Source: an uncultured bacterium | Lineage (GTDB): Bacteria > DYJV01 | Length of the DNA stretch: 55,567 nt | Assembly: GCA_964543655.1 (NCBI GenBank) | Contig: CAZIZE010000058.1 | Span: 1-55,567, forward strand | Direction of reading: 5' to 3' | Shown: positions 42,055-52,396 of the stretch, one piece after another | Position numbering within the stretch: the first letter of the stretch is position 1 | Layout: every line of letters starts with the position of its first letter | The notes under the pieces: model-generated | What the model saw: the letters and a program-made list of their open reading frames with translations, nothing else | Database searches by the model: none | What the model was told of the DNA's origin: nothing | Made by a program: the position numbers and the translations under genes

Positions 42055-42094
42055 ATTAAGTTGTGAACTATTTAAAATAGAGTAGGGGGTATAT

Positions 42095-43387
42095 ATGAGC
42101 AATAAATCTTATGAATTATTTAATGAAGCTAAAAAATTTATCCCAGGTGGTGTAAATAGCCCTGTTAGGGCATTTAAATCTGTTGGATTAAGCCCTCTTT
42201 TTATTTCAAAAGCAAAGGGTTCAAAAATTTATGATGTTGAAAATAGAGAATACATTGATTATGTTGGCTCCTGGGGACCAATGATTTTAGGTCACAACAA
42301 CCCTGCAATTACAAATGCTTTAAAAGAACAGCTTGAATATGGTACAAGTTATGGAGCACCAACTGAAAAAGAGATAGAAATAGCAAAACTTATAATAGAA
42401 GCTGTGCCATCAGTTGAAAAAGTTAGGCTTGTTAATTCTGGTACAGAAGCTACTATGAGTGCCATTAGAATTGCACGTGGTTATACTGGTAGGGATAAAA
42501 TTATAAAATTTGAAGGTTGTTATCATGGCCATGTAGATGCACTACTTGTTAGAGCTGGCTCTGGAGCACTTACCTTTGGTACTCCTGATTCACCTGGTGT
42601 ACCAGCAGATTTTGCTAAACTTACACTACTTGCTGAGTTTAATAATATAGAATCTGTTAAAAACTTAATAGTTGAAAATAGAGGAGAGATTGCAGCAATT
42701 ATTTTAGAGCCAATACCTGGAAATATGGGAGTTATAGAACCTGATATTGATTTTTTAAAAGAGCTAAGGGAGATAACAGCAAATGAAGGGATAGTTTTAA
42801 TATTTGACGAAGTTATGAGCGGTTTTAGAGTAGCCTATGGTGGTGCTCAGGCTCTTTTTAATATTACACCAGATTTAACAACTCTTGGTAAAATAATTGG
42901 TGGTGGTTTGCCTGTTGGAGCCTTTGGTGGAAAAAGGGAAATTATGGATTGTGTTGCACCAGAAGGGAAAGTTTATCAGGCAGGTACATTATCTGGTAAT
43001 CCACTTGCTGTTACAGCTGGTATAGAAACATTGAAACTCCTTCAAAATGGCAAAGCTTATGAAAAATTAGAAGAATCAGCAAAATATTTAACAGATGAAA
43101 TGAAATCAATTATTAAAAATAGCAAAGTACCACATTGCTTTAAACGTGTTGGCTCAATGTTTTGCCTATTTTTTACAAATATTAATGTGAATAATTTCAA
43201 AGATGCAACAACTTCAGACACGAAGCTTTTTGCAAAATATTTTAGCTTAATGATTAAAGAGGGTATTTATATTGCGCCATCACTATTTGAAGCTGGTTTT
43301 TTATCAACAGCACATAGTGATAGTGACATTGAGCGAACATTAAAAGCTTTTGAAAAAGCAATAGAAAACTTATCAAAAGAGGTTTAA
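42095..43387 (+). CDS. hemL: Glutamate-1-semialdehyde 2,1-aminomutase
   Basis: PGGVNSPVRAF, NSGTEATM, FDEVMSGFR, GKIIGGG, QAGTLSGNP. Confidence 0.99.
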   Translation: MSNKSYELFNEAKKFIPGGVNSPVRAFKSVGLSPLFISKAKGSKIYDVENREYIDYVGSWGPMILGHNNPAITNALKEQLEYGTSYGAPTEKEIEIAKLIIEAVPSVEKVRLVNSGTEATMSAIRIARGYTGRDKIIKFEGCYHGHVDALLVRAGSGALTFGTPDSPGVPADFAKLTLLAEFNNIESVKNLIVENRGEIAAIILEPIPGNMGVIEPDIDFLKELREITANEGIVLIFDEVMSGFRVAYGGAQALFNITPDLTTLGKIIGGGLPVGAFGGKREIMDCVAPEGKVYQAGTLSGNPLAVTAGIETLKLLQNGKAYEKLEESAKYLTDEMKSIIKNSKVPHCFKRVGSMFCLFFTNINVNNFKDATTSDTKLFAKYFSLMIKEGIYIAPSLFEAGFLSTAHSDSDIERTLKAFEKAIENLSKEV

Positions 43388-43388
43388 A

Positions 43389-44123
43389 ATGCTTATAATT
43401 GAAAATTTAAAAGTTGAAGTAGAGAAAAGAGAGATTTTGCATGGCATTAACCTTAGAATAGCCAAAGGTGAAACACATGTTATTTTTGGAAAAAATGGAA
43501 GTGGGAAATCAACATTGCTTATGACTATTATGGGTTTTTCAAAATATAAAGTTACCTCTGGTAAAATTTTTTACAAAGGTAAAGATATTACCAATCTGCC
43601 AATGTATGAAAGAGCAAAACTTGGTCTTGGAATGGCTTTTCAAAGACCACCTTCTATTAAAGGTTTGAAAACCATTGATATGCTGAGGTTAATCAAAAGA
43701 GTTGATGAAAAAACAGAGGAACTTGCAAAGAGGGTGGATTTTGAAAAGTTTCTTTATAGGGATTTAAATTTTGGATTTTCAGGTGGTGAATTAAAACGGT
43801 CAGAGCTACTGCAATTAATGGCTCAAAATCCAGATTTTATAATGCTTGATGAGCCAGAATCAGGAGTTGATGTAGAAAATATTAAAATACTTGGTAAAGT
43901 TGTGAGACATCTCCTTGATAAAAATGTTAGAATTAAAGAGGGTAGAAAAAAATCAGGGCTGATTATAACCCATACAGGATATATTTTAGACTATGTTGAT
44001 GCAGACAGAGGCCATGTAATACTTGATGGATACTTAATGTGTAGTGGTAATCCAAGGGAGATGTTTAGGGAAATTCAGGAAGCTGGTTATGAAAAGTGTG
44101 TTTCATGTATGCTTGCTGGCTAA
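43389..44123 (+). CDS. sufC: Fe-S assembly ABC ATPase SufC-like (SmsC)
   Basis: GKNGSGKST, GFSGGELKR.E, DEPESGVD, IITHTGYIL, C-terminal CVSC. Confidence 0.88.
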   Translation: MLIIENLKVEVEKREILHGINLRIAKGETHVIFGKNGSGKSTLLMTIMGFSKYKVTSGKIFYKGKDITNLPMYERAKLGLGMAFQRPPSIKGLKTIDMLRLIKRVDEKTEELAKRVDFEKFLYRDLNFGFSGGELKRSELLQLMAQNPDFIMLDEPESGVDVENIKILGKVVRHLLDKNVRIKEGRKKSGLIITHTGYILDYVDADRGHVILDGYLMCSGNPREMFREIQEAGYEKCVSCMLAG

Positions 44124-44153
44124 AATAGCAATATTCTTTTTCAGGAGGAATAG

Positions 44154-45263
44154 ATGAATGATATAAATAATATTTTTGATGATAAAGATAAAGAGATTCT
44201 TGAAAGCACAGGTATTGACATAAAAAGAGAGACAAGGTCAGGTACATTTATTCAAAGTAATCACTCTGTTGTTAGCTGCAATATTAGACAGGATGGAATA
44301 GAGATTTTACCTACAAAGGAAGCTTTAAAAAAATATTCATGGTTAAAAGATTTAATGTTTAAATCTTTTAACAACAATGTTGATGATTTCTTGAAAAATG
44401 CAGAAAAAAAAGTTTCCAATGGTTACTTTATCTATGCAAAAAAGGGAGCTAAAACCAAATACCCGGTTCAAGCATGCCTATACATTAGCAATGACAATGT
44501 TGAGCAGTATGTTCATAACTTTATTGTTGCTGAAGAGGGAGCAGATTTGCATATAATATCCGGGTGTGCTACATCTCATAAAGTTTCCTCAGCACTACAT
44601 GTTGGAATTTCTGAATTTTTTGTTGGTAAAAATGCTAAAATATCTTTTACAATGATTCATAAATGGGGAGAAAATGTTACTGTTACACCAAAGAGCGCAG
44701 CTCTTGTTGAAGATAATGGAGTGTTTATATCAAACTATATTTCATTTGAAAAAGTTAAATATTTAAAAATGTATCCCACTGTATATTTAAATGGCAAAGG
44801 TTCTATTGGTAGATTTAATTCAATAGTTTTTGCACCAGAAGGCTCTCATCTTGATCTTGGCTCAAGATGTGTATTAAATGGTGTGGGGTCAAAAGCAGAG
44901 ATTGTTTCAAGGACAGTGTCAGCAGGAGGTGAGATTATTGCAAGGGGACATCTTGTTGGCGCTGCTAAAGATATAAAGGCACATCTTGAATGTAATGGGT
45001 TATTATTAAAGGAAAAAGGTTTAATCCATGCAATTCCAGAGCTTGAAGCTCATTTGAGCGATGTTGATATGAGTCATGAAGCAGCTGTTGGCAAAATTGC
45101 AGAAGAGGAGATTGAGTACCTTATGTCAAGAGGCTTAACAGAGGAAGAAGCAACATCAGCAATTGTTAGAGGTTTTTTAAATGTTAAAATAGAAGGGTTG
45201 CCAGAGAGACTGGAAAAACAGATAGAAACTTCTCTAAATGAATTAAGTGATAAGTTTTTTTAG
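44154..45263 (+). CDS. sufB: Fe-S assembly SufB/SufD-family protein (SmsB)
   Basis: PVQAC, ISGC, HLEC.GL, SHEAAVGKI, YLMSRGL. Confidence 0.88.
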   Translation: MNDINNIFDDKDKEILESTGIDIKRETRSGTFIQSNHSVVSCNIRQDGIEILPTKEALKKYSWLKDLMFKSFNNNVDDFLKNAEKKVSNGYFIYAKKGAKTKYPVQACLYISNDNVEQYVHNFIVAEEGADLHIISGCATSHKVSSALHVGISEFFVGKNAKISFTMIHKWGENVTVTPKSAALVEDNGVFISNYISFEKVKYLKMYPTVYLNGKGSIGRFNSIVFAPEGSHLDLGSRCVLNGVGSKAEIVSRTVSAGGEIIARGHLVGAAKDIKAHLECNGLLLKEKGLIHAIPELEAHLSDVDMSHEAAVGKIAEEEIEYLMSRGLTEEEATSAIVRGFLNVKIEGLPERLEKQIETSLNELSDKFF

Positions 45264-45289
45264 ATAAAAAATGTTTCTGGAGGAAGTAG

Positions 45290-46729
45290 ATGTTAAATAT
45301 TTATGAAAAAGGTATCTTGGAGCTTCATAATCTATTGAAAAAGAAAGAAATTACTTCTAAAGAGGTAACAGAGATTTTTTTGCAAAGAATAGATGAATTG
45401 AATAAAGATATAAATGCATATATTACAATATGTGCTGATATTGCAATGTCTCAGGCAGAAGAAGCAGATAAGAAAATAGCCAAAGGAGATATAAACCCCC
45501 TTACAGGAATCCCACTTGGTATTAAAGATTTAATTACCACTAAAGGAATTAAAACCACCTGTGGCTCAAAAATGCTTTATAACTATGTGCCCACTTATAA
45601 TGCAACAGTTTATGAAAAATTACTAAATAAAAGCATAGTTACTCTTGGAAAAAATAATATGGATGAATTTGCAATGGGCTCTTCAAATGAAACATCATAT
45701 TTTGGAGTTGTTAAAAATCCCAATGATTTAGAGAGAGTCCCTGGAGGTTCAAGTGGTGGCTCTGCTGCTGCTGTTGCCTCCAATCAGTGTGCAGCTTCAC
45801 TTGGTTCTGATACAGGTGGTTCAATTAGGCAGCCCGCAGCATTTTGCGGAGTAGTTGGATTAAAGCCAACATATGGTCGGGTATCAAGGTATGGTCTTGT
45901 TGCATTTGCATCATCACTTGACCAGATTGGACCAATTACAAAAAATGTGGAGGATTGTGCTGTTTTGCTTGAAGCTATAAGTGGATATGACCCAAAAGAT
46001 TCAACTTCTATAAATAGAGAAGTTCCAAATTATTTTGAAAATATTAAAAAGGATTGTTTAAAAGGATTAAAAGTTGGGGTTCCAAAAGAGTACTTTATAG
46101 AAGGTATTAACCCTGAGGTAAAAAGCACTGTTGAAACTACTTTAAAGGAGCTTGAAAAAAATGGCTCTGAAATTGTAGAAATATCCCTTCCACACACTGA
46201 GTATGCAGTTGCTGTTTACTATATTATTGCACCAGCAGAGGCAAGCTCTAACCTTGCAAGGTTTGATGGAGTTAAATATGGTTTTAGAGCTTCAAAATTT
46301 GAGGATCTCCTTGATATGTATAAAAAAACAAGAGCAGAAGGTTTTGGTGATGAAGTTAAAAGGAGAATAATGCTCGGCACATATGCACTTTCTTCAGGTT
46401 ATTATGATGCATATTACTTAAAAGCATCTAAAGTTAGAAATTTAATTAAACTGGATTTTGTTGAAGCATTTAAAAAAGTTGATGTAATAGTGTGTCCTGT
46501 TACACCAACAACAGCATTTAAACTTGGAGAAAAGGTTGATAATCCTCTTGAAATGTATTTAAATGATATTTTCACAATTCCACTTAACCTTGCTGGCAAT
46601 TGCGGTATATCTCTGCCAGTAGGAAGAGATAGCAGTAATCTACCTATTGGTATGCAAATTATAGGCAATTTTTTTGAAGAAGATAAAATTTTAAATGTTG
46701 CATACAATATAGAACAACTTGTTAATTAA
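45290..46729 (+). CDS. gatA: Asp/Glu-tRNA amidotransferase subunit A
   Basis: [33 protein letters not shown]. Confidence 0.98.
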   Translation: MLNIYEKGILELHNLLKKKEITSKEVTEIFLQRIDELNKDINAYITICADIAMSQAEEADKKIAKGDINPLTGIPLGIKDLITTKGIKTTCGSKMLYNYVPTYNATVYEKLLNKSIVTLGKNNMDEFAMGSSNETSYFGVVKNPNDLERVPGGSSGGSAAAVASNQCAASLGSDTGGSIRQPAAFCGVVGLKPTYGRVSRYGLVAFASSLDQIGPITKNVEDCAVLLEAISGYDPKDSTSINREVPNYFENIKKDCLKGLKVGVPKEYFIEGINPEVKSTVETTLKELEKNGSEIVEISLPHTEYAVAVYYIIAPAEASSNLARFDGVKYGFRASKFEDLLDMYKKTRAEGFGDEVKRRIMLGTYALSSGYYDAYYLKASKVRNLIKLDFVEAFKKVDVIVCPVTPTTAFKLGEKVDNPLEMYLNDIFTIPLNLAGNCGISLPVGRDSSNLPIGMQIIGNFFEEDKILNVAYNIEQLVN

Positions 46730-46752
46730 GAAGTTTTTTGAGAAAGGAGTAA

Positions 46753-48189
46753 GTGATGGAATATGAAGTTGTTATTGGTTTAGAAGTTCATGCACAGCTT
46801 CTTACAGATACAAAGATTTTTTGTGGTTGTTCCAATAAATTTGGGGAAACACCAAATGAAAATACATGCCCTGTTTGCACAGGTCAGCCAGGAAGTTTAC
46901 CTGTTTTAAATAAAAAAGTTGTAGAATTTGCAATTAAAGCAGGTCTGGCTACAGATTGTAAAATTAATAAAAGAAGTATTTTTGCAAGAAAGAACTATTT
47001 TTACCCAGATTTACCTAAAGGTTATCAGATTTCTCAATATGAACTACCCATTTGTGAGCATGGCAAAATAAAGATAAATGTAAATGGCAAAGAAAAAGAG
47101 ATTGGTATTACAAGGATTCATATGGAGGAGGATGCAGGGAAATTATCACATGAAGGTATTGATAGAAATTCAAGCTATGTTGATTTTAATAGAACAGGCA
47201 CACCTTTAATTGAAATAGTTAGTGAGCCTGATATAAGATCACCAGAAGAAGCAGCAGAGTATTTAAAGCAGTTGAGAAACACTGTTGTTTACCTTGGGAT
47301 TTGTGATGGTAATATGGAAGAGGGTAGCTTCAGGTGTGATGCAAATATCTCTCTGAGGCCAAAGGGAAGTGATAAATTTGGTACCAAAACAGAGCTTAAA
47401 AATATGAATAGTTTCAGGAATGTTCAAAAAGCCCTTGAATATGAGATAAAGAGGCAGAAAGAGATACTTGAAGAGGGTGGGGTAATAGTTCAGGAGACAA
47501 GGTTATGGAATGCGGATAAAGGTATTACAGAGAGTATGAGAAGCAAAGAGGAGGCACATGATTATAGATATTTTCCAGACCCGGATCTTTTGCCACTAAT
47601 AATTGATGACAGTTGGATAGAGGAGATTAAAAAAAGCATTCCTGAGCTACCATATGAAAAAGAGAAAAGATTTATTCAGCAGTATAAAATATCCAGGGAT
47701 GATGCTGATGTACTTGTAAGCTCAAAAATATTAGCACAATTTTTTGAAGATACTGTTAAATATTGCAATGATCCAGTTGCAGCAAATAACTGGATACGTG
47801 TGGAATTGCTTGGTAGTCTCAACTATGAAGGTAAATCAATAGAGGAATGCAAGTTAACTCCAGAGCATATTGGTGAATTAATTTCCCTTATCAAAAAAGG
47901 TACAATTAGTGGTAAGATAGCTAAAACAGTTTTTAGAGAAATGTATGAGACCCTCAAAAAACCTGAGCAAATAGTTAAAGAAAAGGGACTTACACAAATC
48001 TCTGATGAAGGAGAGTTAAAGGGAATAATTGAAAATATAATCAAGAATTCACCTGCACAGGTTGAGCAATATAAAAATGGGAAAACTAAAGTTTTTGGTT
48101 TTTTTGTTGGTCAGGTTATGAAAGCTACAAAAGGTCAGGCTAATCCACAGGTTGTTAACAGGTTGTTAAAAGATATGCTTGATAAATAA
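46753..48189 (+). CDS. gatB: Asp/Glu-tRNA amidotransferase subunit B
   Basis: [37 protein letters not shown]. Confidence 0.98.
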   Translation: MMEYEVVIGLEVHAQLLTDTKIFCGCSNKFGETPNENTCPVCTGQPGSLPVLNKKVVEFAIKAGLATDCKINKRSIFARKNYFYPDLPKGYQISQYELPICEHGKIKINVNGKEKEIGITRIHMEEDAGKLSHEGIDRNSSYVDFNRTGTPLIEIVSEPDIRSPEEAAEYLKQLRNTVVYLGICDGNMEEGSFRCDANISLRPKGSDKFGTKTELKNMNSFRNVQKALEYEIKRQKEILEEGGVIVQETRLWNADKGITESMRSKEEAHDYRYFPDPDLLPLIIDDSWIEEIKKSIPELPYEKEKRFIQQYKISRDDADVLVSSKILAQFFEDTVKYCNDPVAANNWIRVELLGSLNYEGKSIEECKLTPEHIGELISLIKKGTISGKIAKTVFREMYETLKKPEQIVKEKGLTQISDEGELKGIIENIIKNSPAQVEQYKNGKTKVFGFFVGQVMKATKGQANPQVVNRLLKDMLDK

Positions 48190-48190
48190 A

Positions 48191-49024
48191 ATGAATTCTA
48201 ATGCTAAACTAATTTTACTTTTCTTTTTATCAGCCTTGCTCTTTTTAAGTATTAGGGTAGAGGCTGATTTCCTTGATTATTACCCAAATATAAAGCCATT
48301 AAATGATTATGCATATAATTTTAAAAATTATTTTAAACAGGTTAAAAAAAATATTTTTATTGTTAGAGAAAGAAATATTTTTAAATCACCAGAAGAAATT
48401 TTAAAATACACTCAAAAAAATTATATTAATATTGCTATAATTCCACTTAAAACTTTAAGAAAGCTTGATATTAACAATAACCTGATTCCTTTAATTAACA
48501 AAGCATTTCAAATTAAAAATAACTCATTAAGCTATTCAGAGCTAATACCACTTCGGCTTGAGCTCAATAAATATGGTATATTTATTTTTAATATATTACC
48601 TGGTAGTAGATATTTTCTCTTTACCTCATTTAAAAGTCTTAAAAAGGATAAATTAAGCATTGCAGTTTTAAATGATTATTTTTTAAAAAAATTTAAAAAA
48701 CTATTTCCTAATTCACTTTATTTTGGAGGAGATGCTGCGGATATTAACAGATTTGTTAAATCTGGGATTTTCAATAGTGTTGTTATGAGTAGTGTAGATT
48801 ATTCAATTTCAAATGTAAGTTTTAAATATGCGTACAATTTTGGACTTGAAAGGGAGAAGTATTGCATTATTGCTAATTTAAATTATTGGAATAAACAGAG
48901 TGAAACTGTTAAAAATATTATTTGGAGTTTTATATCAAAATATGATAAGATATTTTTACTTGATATAAAAAGGTTTCAGGATAAAGTACTCAATAAATTA
49001 AAAGTAAAAAATCTATTGTGGTGA
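48191..49024 (+). CDS. Exported protein, possibly a very divergent TRAP solute-binding protein (DctP-like)
   Basis: Signal peptide; weak DctP-like segments (EILKYTQKNYINIA, VKSGIFNSV, IIANLNYWNKQS..VKNII). Confidence 0.45.
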   Translation: MNSNAKLILLFFLSALLFLSIRVEADFLDYYPNIKPLNDYAYNFKNYFKQVKKNIFIVRERNIFKSPEEILKYTQKNYINIAIIPLKTLRKLDINNNLIPLINKAFQIKNNSLSYSELIPLRLELNKYGIFIFNILPGSRYFLFTSFKSLKKDKLSIAVLNDYFLKKFKKLFPNSLYFGGDAADINRFVKSGIFNSVVMSSVDYSISNVSFKYAYNFGLEREKYCIIANLNYWNKQSETVKNIIWSFISKYDKIFLLDIKRFQDKVLNKLKVKNLLW

Positions 49025-49029
49025 ATTAG

Positions 49030-49440
49030 ATGAAAAAGAAAATATTTTTATTATTAATGATTTTTTTTATTGCTTATGGTTGCTCAGAAGTTTATTCTCC
49101 TACAATTATAAAAAATCCAGTTTACAGCTCTTTTGATATTGCTATAAAGTGGAAGTTTTATAACAATAAATTATTTTTATCAGGCTATAACAATTTTTGG
49201 ACTGAAATCTTTGATTTTGAAATTACATTAACACCTGTTGACAAAAATATGAAATCTGTTGGAAAAAGCTACAAAAAATATATTGGTTCACTTGATATGG
49301 ATGAAAAATTTAATTTAACATGTCAATTCACATGCCAAAATATCTATTATATAAAGCTTGATTATTACTACACCTTTTATGGTTACAACTCAAGTGGCAC
49401 AAGGTTGAATTATTATACTTATTATTTAAAAGTTAAGTAA
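49030..49440 (+). CDS. Hypothetical lipoprotein
   Basis: MKKK-hydrophobic-AYGC lipobox-like start. Confidence 0.7.
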   Translation: MKKKIFLLLMIFFIAYGCSEVYSPTIIKNPVYSSFDIAIKWKFYNNKLFLSGYNNFWTEIFDFEITLTPVDKNMKSVGKSYKKYIGSLDMDEKFNLTCQFTCQNIYYIKLDYYYTFYGYNSSGTRLNYYTYYLKVK

Positions 49441-49959
49441 AAGCAAATTAGATTTATTGATTTGTGCATGAATGCACACTCTGAAATATATAATGCTTAA
49501 AGAAAATGAGATTTCAAGGAAAGATAATACAATACCAATGTAAAATCCTATAGAAATTTTTTTTATTTACCACAAAAGCTGTCATTTTGAGGGCTTCAGC
49601 CCGAAAAAGCTCTTGCTTTAAAGTTGATTTTGTATAACACCAGAAGGTATTTAAAGCTTTAAGAAAAATTTTTATCAAATACATGGAGGCCGAATGTAGC
49701 TGCCTCATGTAGAAAATAAATCAAGAAAAATAAGCATAAAAATAAATAGAGCTGAGATATAATTGGAATAGAATAACAAGAAAAAGTAAATAATTAAGAA
49801 AATGGTTGATATTTTATAAAAGTACAATTTAAAAATTAATAAAGATTGACTTTTTATTTTTAATCATATATCTAAAATAAATAAAGTTTTAAAAGTGCCT
49901 ATTATCTTTTTCAAAGCCATTTATTAATGCTTGACAAATAAAAAAGAGGAGAGAATATT

Positions 49960-50349
49960 ATGACAAAAATTAAATTAAAAACAATATTATTATTTTCAAT
50001 AATTTACTCTGTTTTTTTTACTAATTTTTTATTTGCAAATAGTGCCACATTTAACAGCCATACAAATACTGTAGAATTACCATGTGTAAGAATTTCCCAA
50101 AATGGAGCTATTTTGAATTTATGTTATCCAGTTAATATGGTAATACAAGGAAGCGGTCTACTTATTACTGAAATTTCCAATCCCTATACAACACCAGTAG
50201 AATCTGACGATCAGGTATTTTATGCTGATAACAGGACTATTTATATACCTGTTATCCACGTTTTAGACAATGATTATACTGTTGAATTACAATTTACAGA
50301 TACAGATCTATTTCTTGAAATACTTTCTGTATACGAAATCTCCCATTAA
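49960..50349 (+). CDS. Small secreted hypothetical protein with two internal repeats
   Basis: SD GAGGAG; signal peptide; ATFNSHTNTVELPCV...Y.V.M and VFYADNRTIYIPVI...YTVEL units. Confidence 0.75.
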   Translation: MTKIKLKTILLFSIIYSVFFTNFLFANSATFNSHTNTVELPCVRISQNGAILNLCYPVNMVIQGSGLLITEISNPYTTPVESDDQVFYADNRTIYIPVIHVLDNDYTVELQFTDTDLFLEILSVYEISH

Positions 50350-50538
50350 GTTTTCATAAAAAGTATAAAAGTGGTTAAAAATAAATTATTTATGTTGTAA
50401 TAAAAATGGGTAATGCTGAGCATAAATGATTGTTGTATTGTTTAAGTTGTTAATATTCTCAGAAAAAAAATTGAAAACATTAAATTTATATTAGATTTAA
50501 AAATATAGAGCATGGGATTATAAACACACCATTAAATC

Positions 50539-51387
50539 TTAAATTATGTTGTTTCCCCCCTCACCTCTAATTAATTTTTCCATTTCAAAAATCTGCTCTG
50601 AGATGGAGGCATCATAAGTGCCATAATTTGTCTCAACTATACAATCTCCTATTTCCAATTTTTCCATTTTTTCTATTTTAACATTTTCAAGGTTAAATGA
50701 GTTTTTAACTTGTTCAATATTATTCTGCAAAAAATCGTATAAAAAAGGGGATATAGAAATTTTAACAAAACTTTTATCCACTATTTTATGTAAAATATTT
50801 TTTAAATTCTCCATTAAAACCTTTTCAGGAAAGGTTTCAACTTCTTTTTTTATAATTTTTTTTGTCAAATCTACTATTATTTCACCTATTTTATCGTTAT
50901 ATTTAAGGAGATTCTCCTTTTCAAAATTTGCTAATTTTTCTATTAGATTATTAAAGTGCATAAATTTTTCTTTCTCTTCTTTAAATCCTTTTTCAACACC
51001 ATCTTTGTATCCTTTATCAAATCCAGCTTTATATCCTTCTGCTTCTTTCTCTTTCTTTAATTTTTCTGCTTCAGATTTTGCATCTTCCACAACTTTATCA
51101 GCTTCAGCCACTTTTTTTTCATAATACTCATTTAACTCTTTTTCTAATTTTTTCTTTTTTTTCTCAAAATATTCCTCAATCTTTTTTTCTCTGTCCTTAA
51201 GACTTATTTTTTTACCACCAACAAACATAGGAGAAAATTCAGATTTATCCTGTGAAATATCAAATTCATATTTAAAGTTATCCTCTTTTTTTATTTCAAA
51301 TTTTATTAATTCACTTTTATTCTTTTCTTCATTTTCTGAATCAAATTTTAAAAATTTAAATTCTCTAACATTATTAGACAACGACAT
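50539..51387 (-). CDS. fliH: Flagellar assembly protein FliH
   Basis: GxxxG repeats (GYKAGFDKGYKDG), GDCIVET.YG..DASI; follows fliG. Confidence 0.9.
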   Translation of the reverse strand: MSLSNNVREFKFLKFDSENEEKNKSELIKFEIKKEDNFKYEFDISQDKSEFSPMFVGGKKISLKDREKKIEEYFEKKKKKLEKELNEYYEKKVAEADKVVEDAKSEAEKLKKEKEAEGYKAGFDKGYKDGVEKGFKEEKEKFMHFNNLIEKLANFEKENLLKYNDKIGEIIVDLTKKIIKKEVETFPEKVLMENLKNILHKIVDKSFVKISISPFLYDFLQNNIEQVKNSFNLENVKIEKMEKLEIGDCIVETNYGTYDASISEQIFEMEKLIRGEGGNNII

Positions 51388-52396
51388 CTCCACCGCCTCC
51401 ACCTTTAGCTATAACAATTTTACCTTCATCTTCTAATCTTTTAGCTATCTGAATAATATTTTGCTGAGCTTTTTCAACATCTGATAATTTCACTGGTCCC
51501 ATTGATTCAAGATCCTCTTTAATCATATCAGCAGCCCTCTGGGACATATTTTTAAAGATCTTCTCTTTAATCTCTTCAGTTGCTGTTTTTAATGCAAGTA
51601 AAAGATCTTCATTTGAAACCTCTTTAAGAATTGTCTGAATACCTCTATCATCAACATAAACAAGATCTTCAAATACAAACATTTTCTTTCTAATTTCTTC
51701 AGCTATATCTGGATAAGTCTCCTCTATTGAGCCAATTATCCTCTGCTCAAGTTCTTTAGGAACATTGTTCAATATTTCAGCAACAGGCTCAACACCACCA
51801 ACCTGATGGCTTTCAGCTCCACCTGCTGACTTAACTTCCTCTTCAAGAGCTTTTTCAAGTTCATTAACAACATCTGGTGAAACAGTTTCTAATCTTGCTA
51901 TTCTTAATACAACATCTGTTTGTAAATTTTCTGGTAAATTTGCCAAAACTTCAGCTGCTTGTACCCCATCTAAATGAGCAAGAATAACAGCTATTGTTTG
52001 TGGATGCTCATTTTTAATAAAATTAGCAATCATTCTTGGGTCAATATTAGCAAGGGTATAAAATGGAACCTTTTTCAAAGGGGTACCTATTTTCTCTATC
52101 ATAGATTTAGCTTTCTCTTCTCCAAATGCTTTTATTAGAATCTTTTTTATATGATCAAGACCACCCTCAATTTCAGGCTCTTTGCCAAGGTCTCTTAAAA
52201 ATTCATTCATATATTGTTTTAGTTCATCTGGGGAAATACTATCCATAAATGTCATTTCATTACCAAGCATATGCAGATCAATTTCATCAAGATATTTTAA
52301 TACCTTTGATGCAACTTCATCACCAAGAGCCAGCATAATAGCTGCTATTTTCTTTTTTTTGGACATTCCTGTGCTACTACTTTTATTAGTAGGCAT
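51374..52396 (-). CDS. fliG: Flagellar motor switch protein FliG
   Basis: EHPQTIA, GGVEPVAEILN, MFVFEDL, NMSQRAA, VEKAQ. Confidence 0.98.
   Translation of the reverse strand: MPTNKSSSTGMSKKKKIAAIMLALGDEVASKVLKYLDEIDLHMLGNEMTFMDSISPDELKQYMNEFLRDLGKEPEIEGGLDHIKKILIKAFGEEKAKSMIEKIGTPLKKVPFYTLANIDPRMIANFIKNEHPQTIAVILAHLDGVQAAEVLANLPENLQTDVVLRIARLETVSPDVVNELEKALEEEVKSAGGAESHQVGGVEPVAEILNNVPKELEQRIIGSIEETYPDIAEEIRKKMFVFEDLVYVDDRGIQTILKEVSNEDLLLALKTATEEIKEKIFKNMSQRAADMIKEDLESMGPVKLSDVEKAQQNIIQIAKRLEDEGKIVIAKGGGGGDVVV

Noticed and set aside
49514-49708. 64-aa minus-strand ORF
   Set aside because: No SD or recognisable motif; overlaps palindromic non-coding elements.
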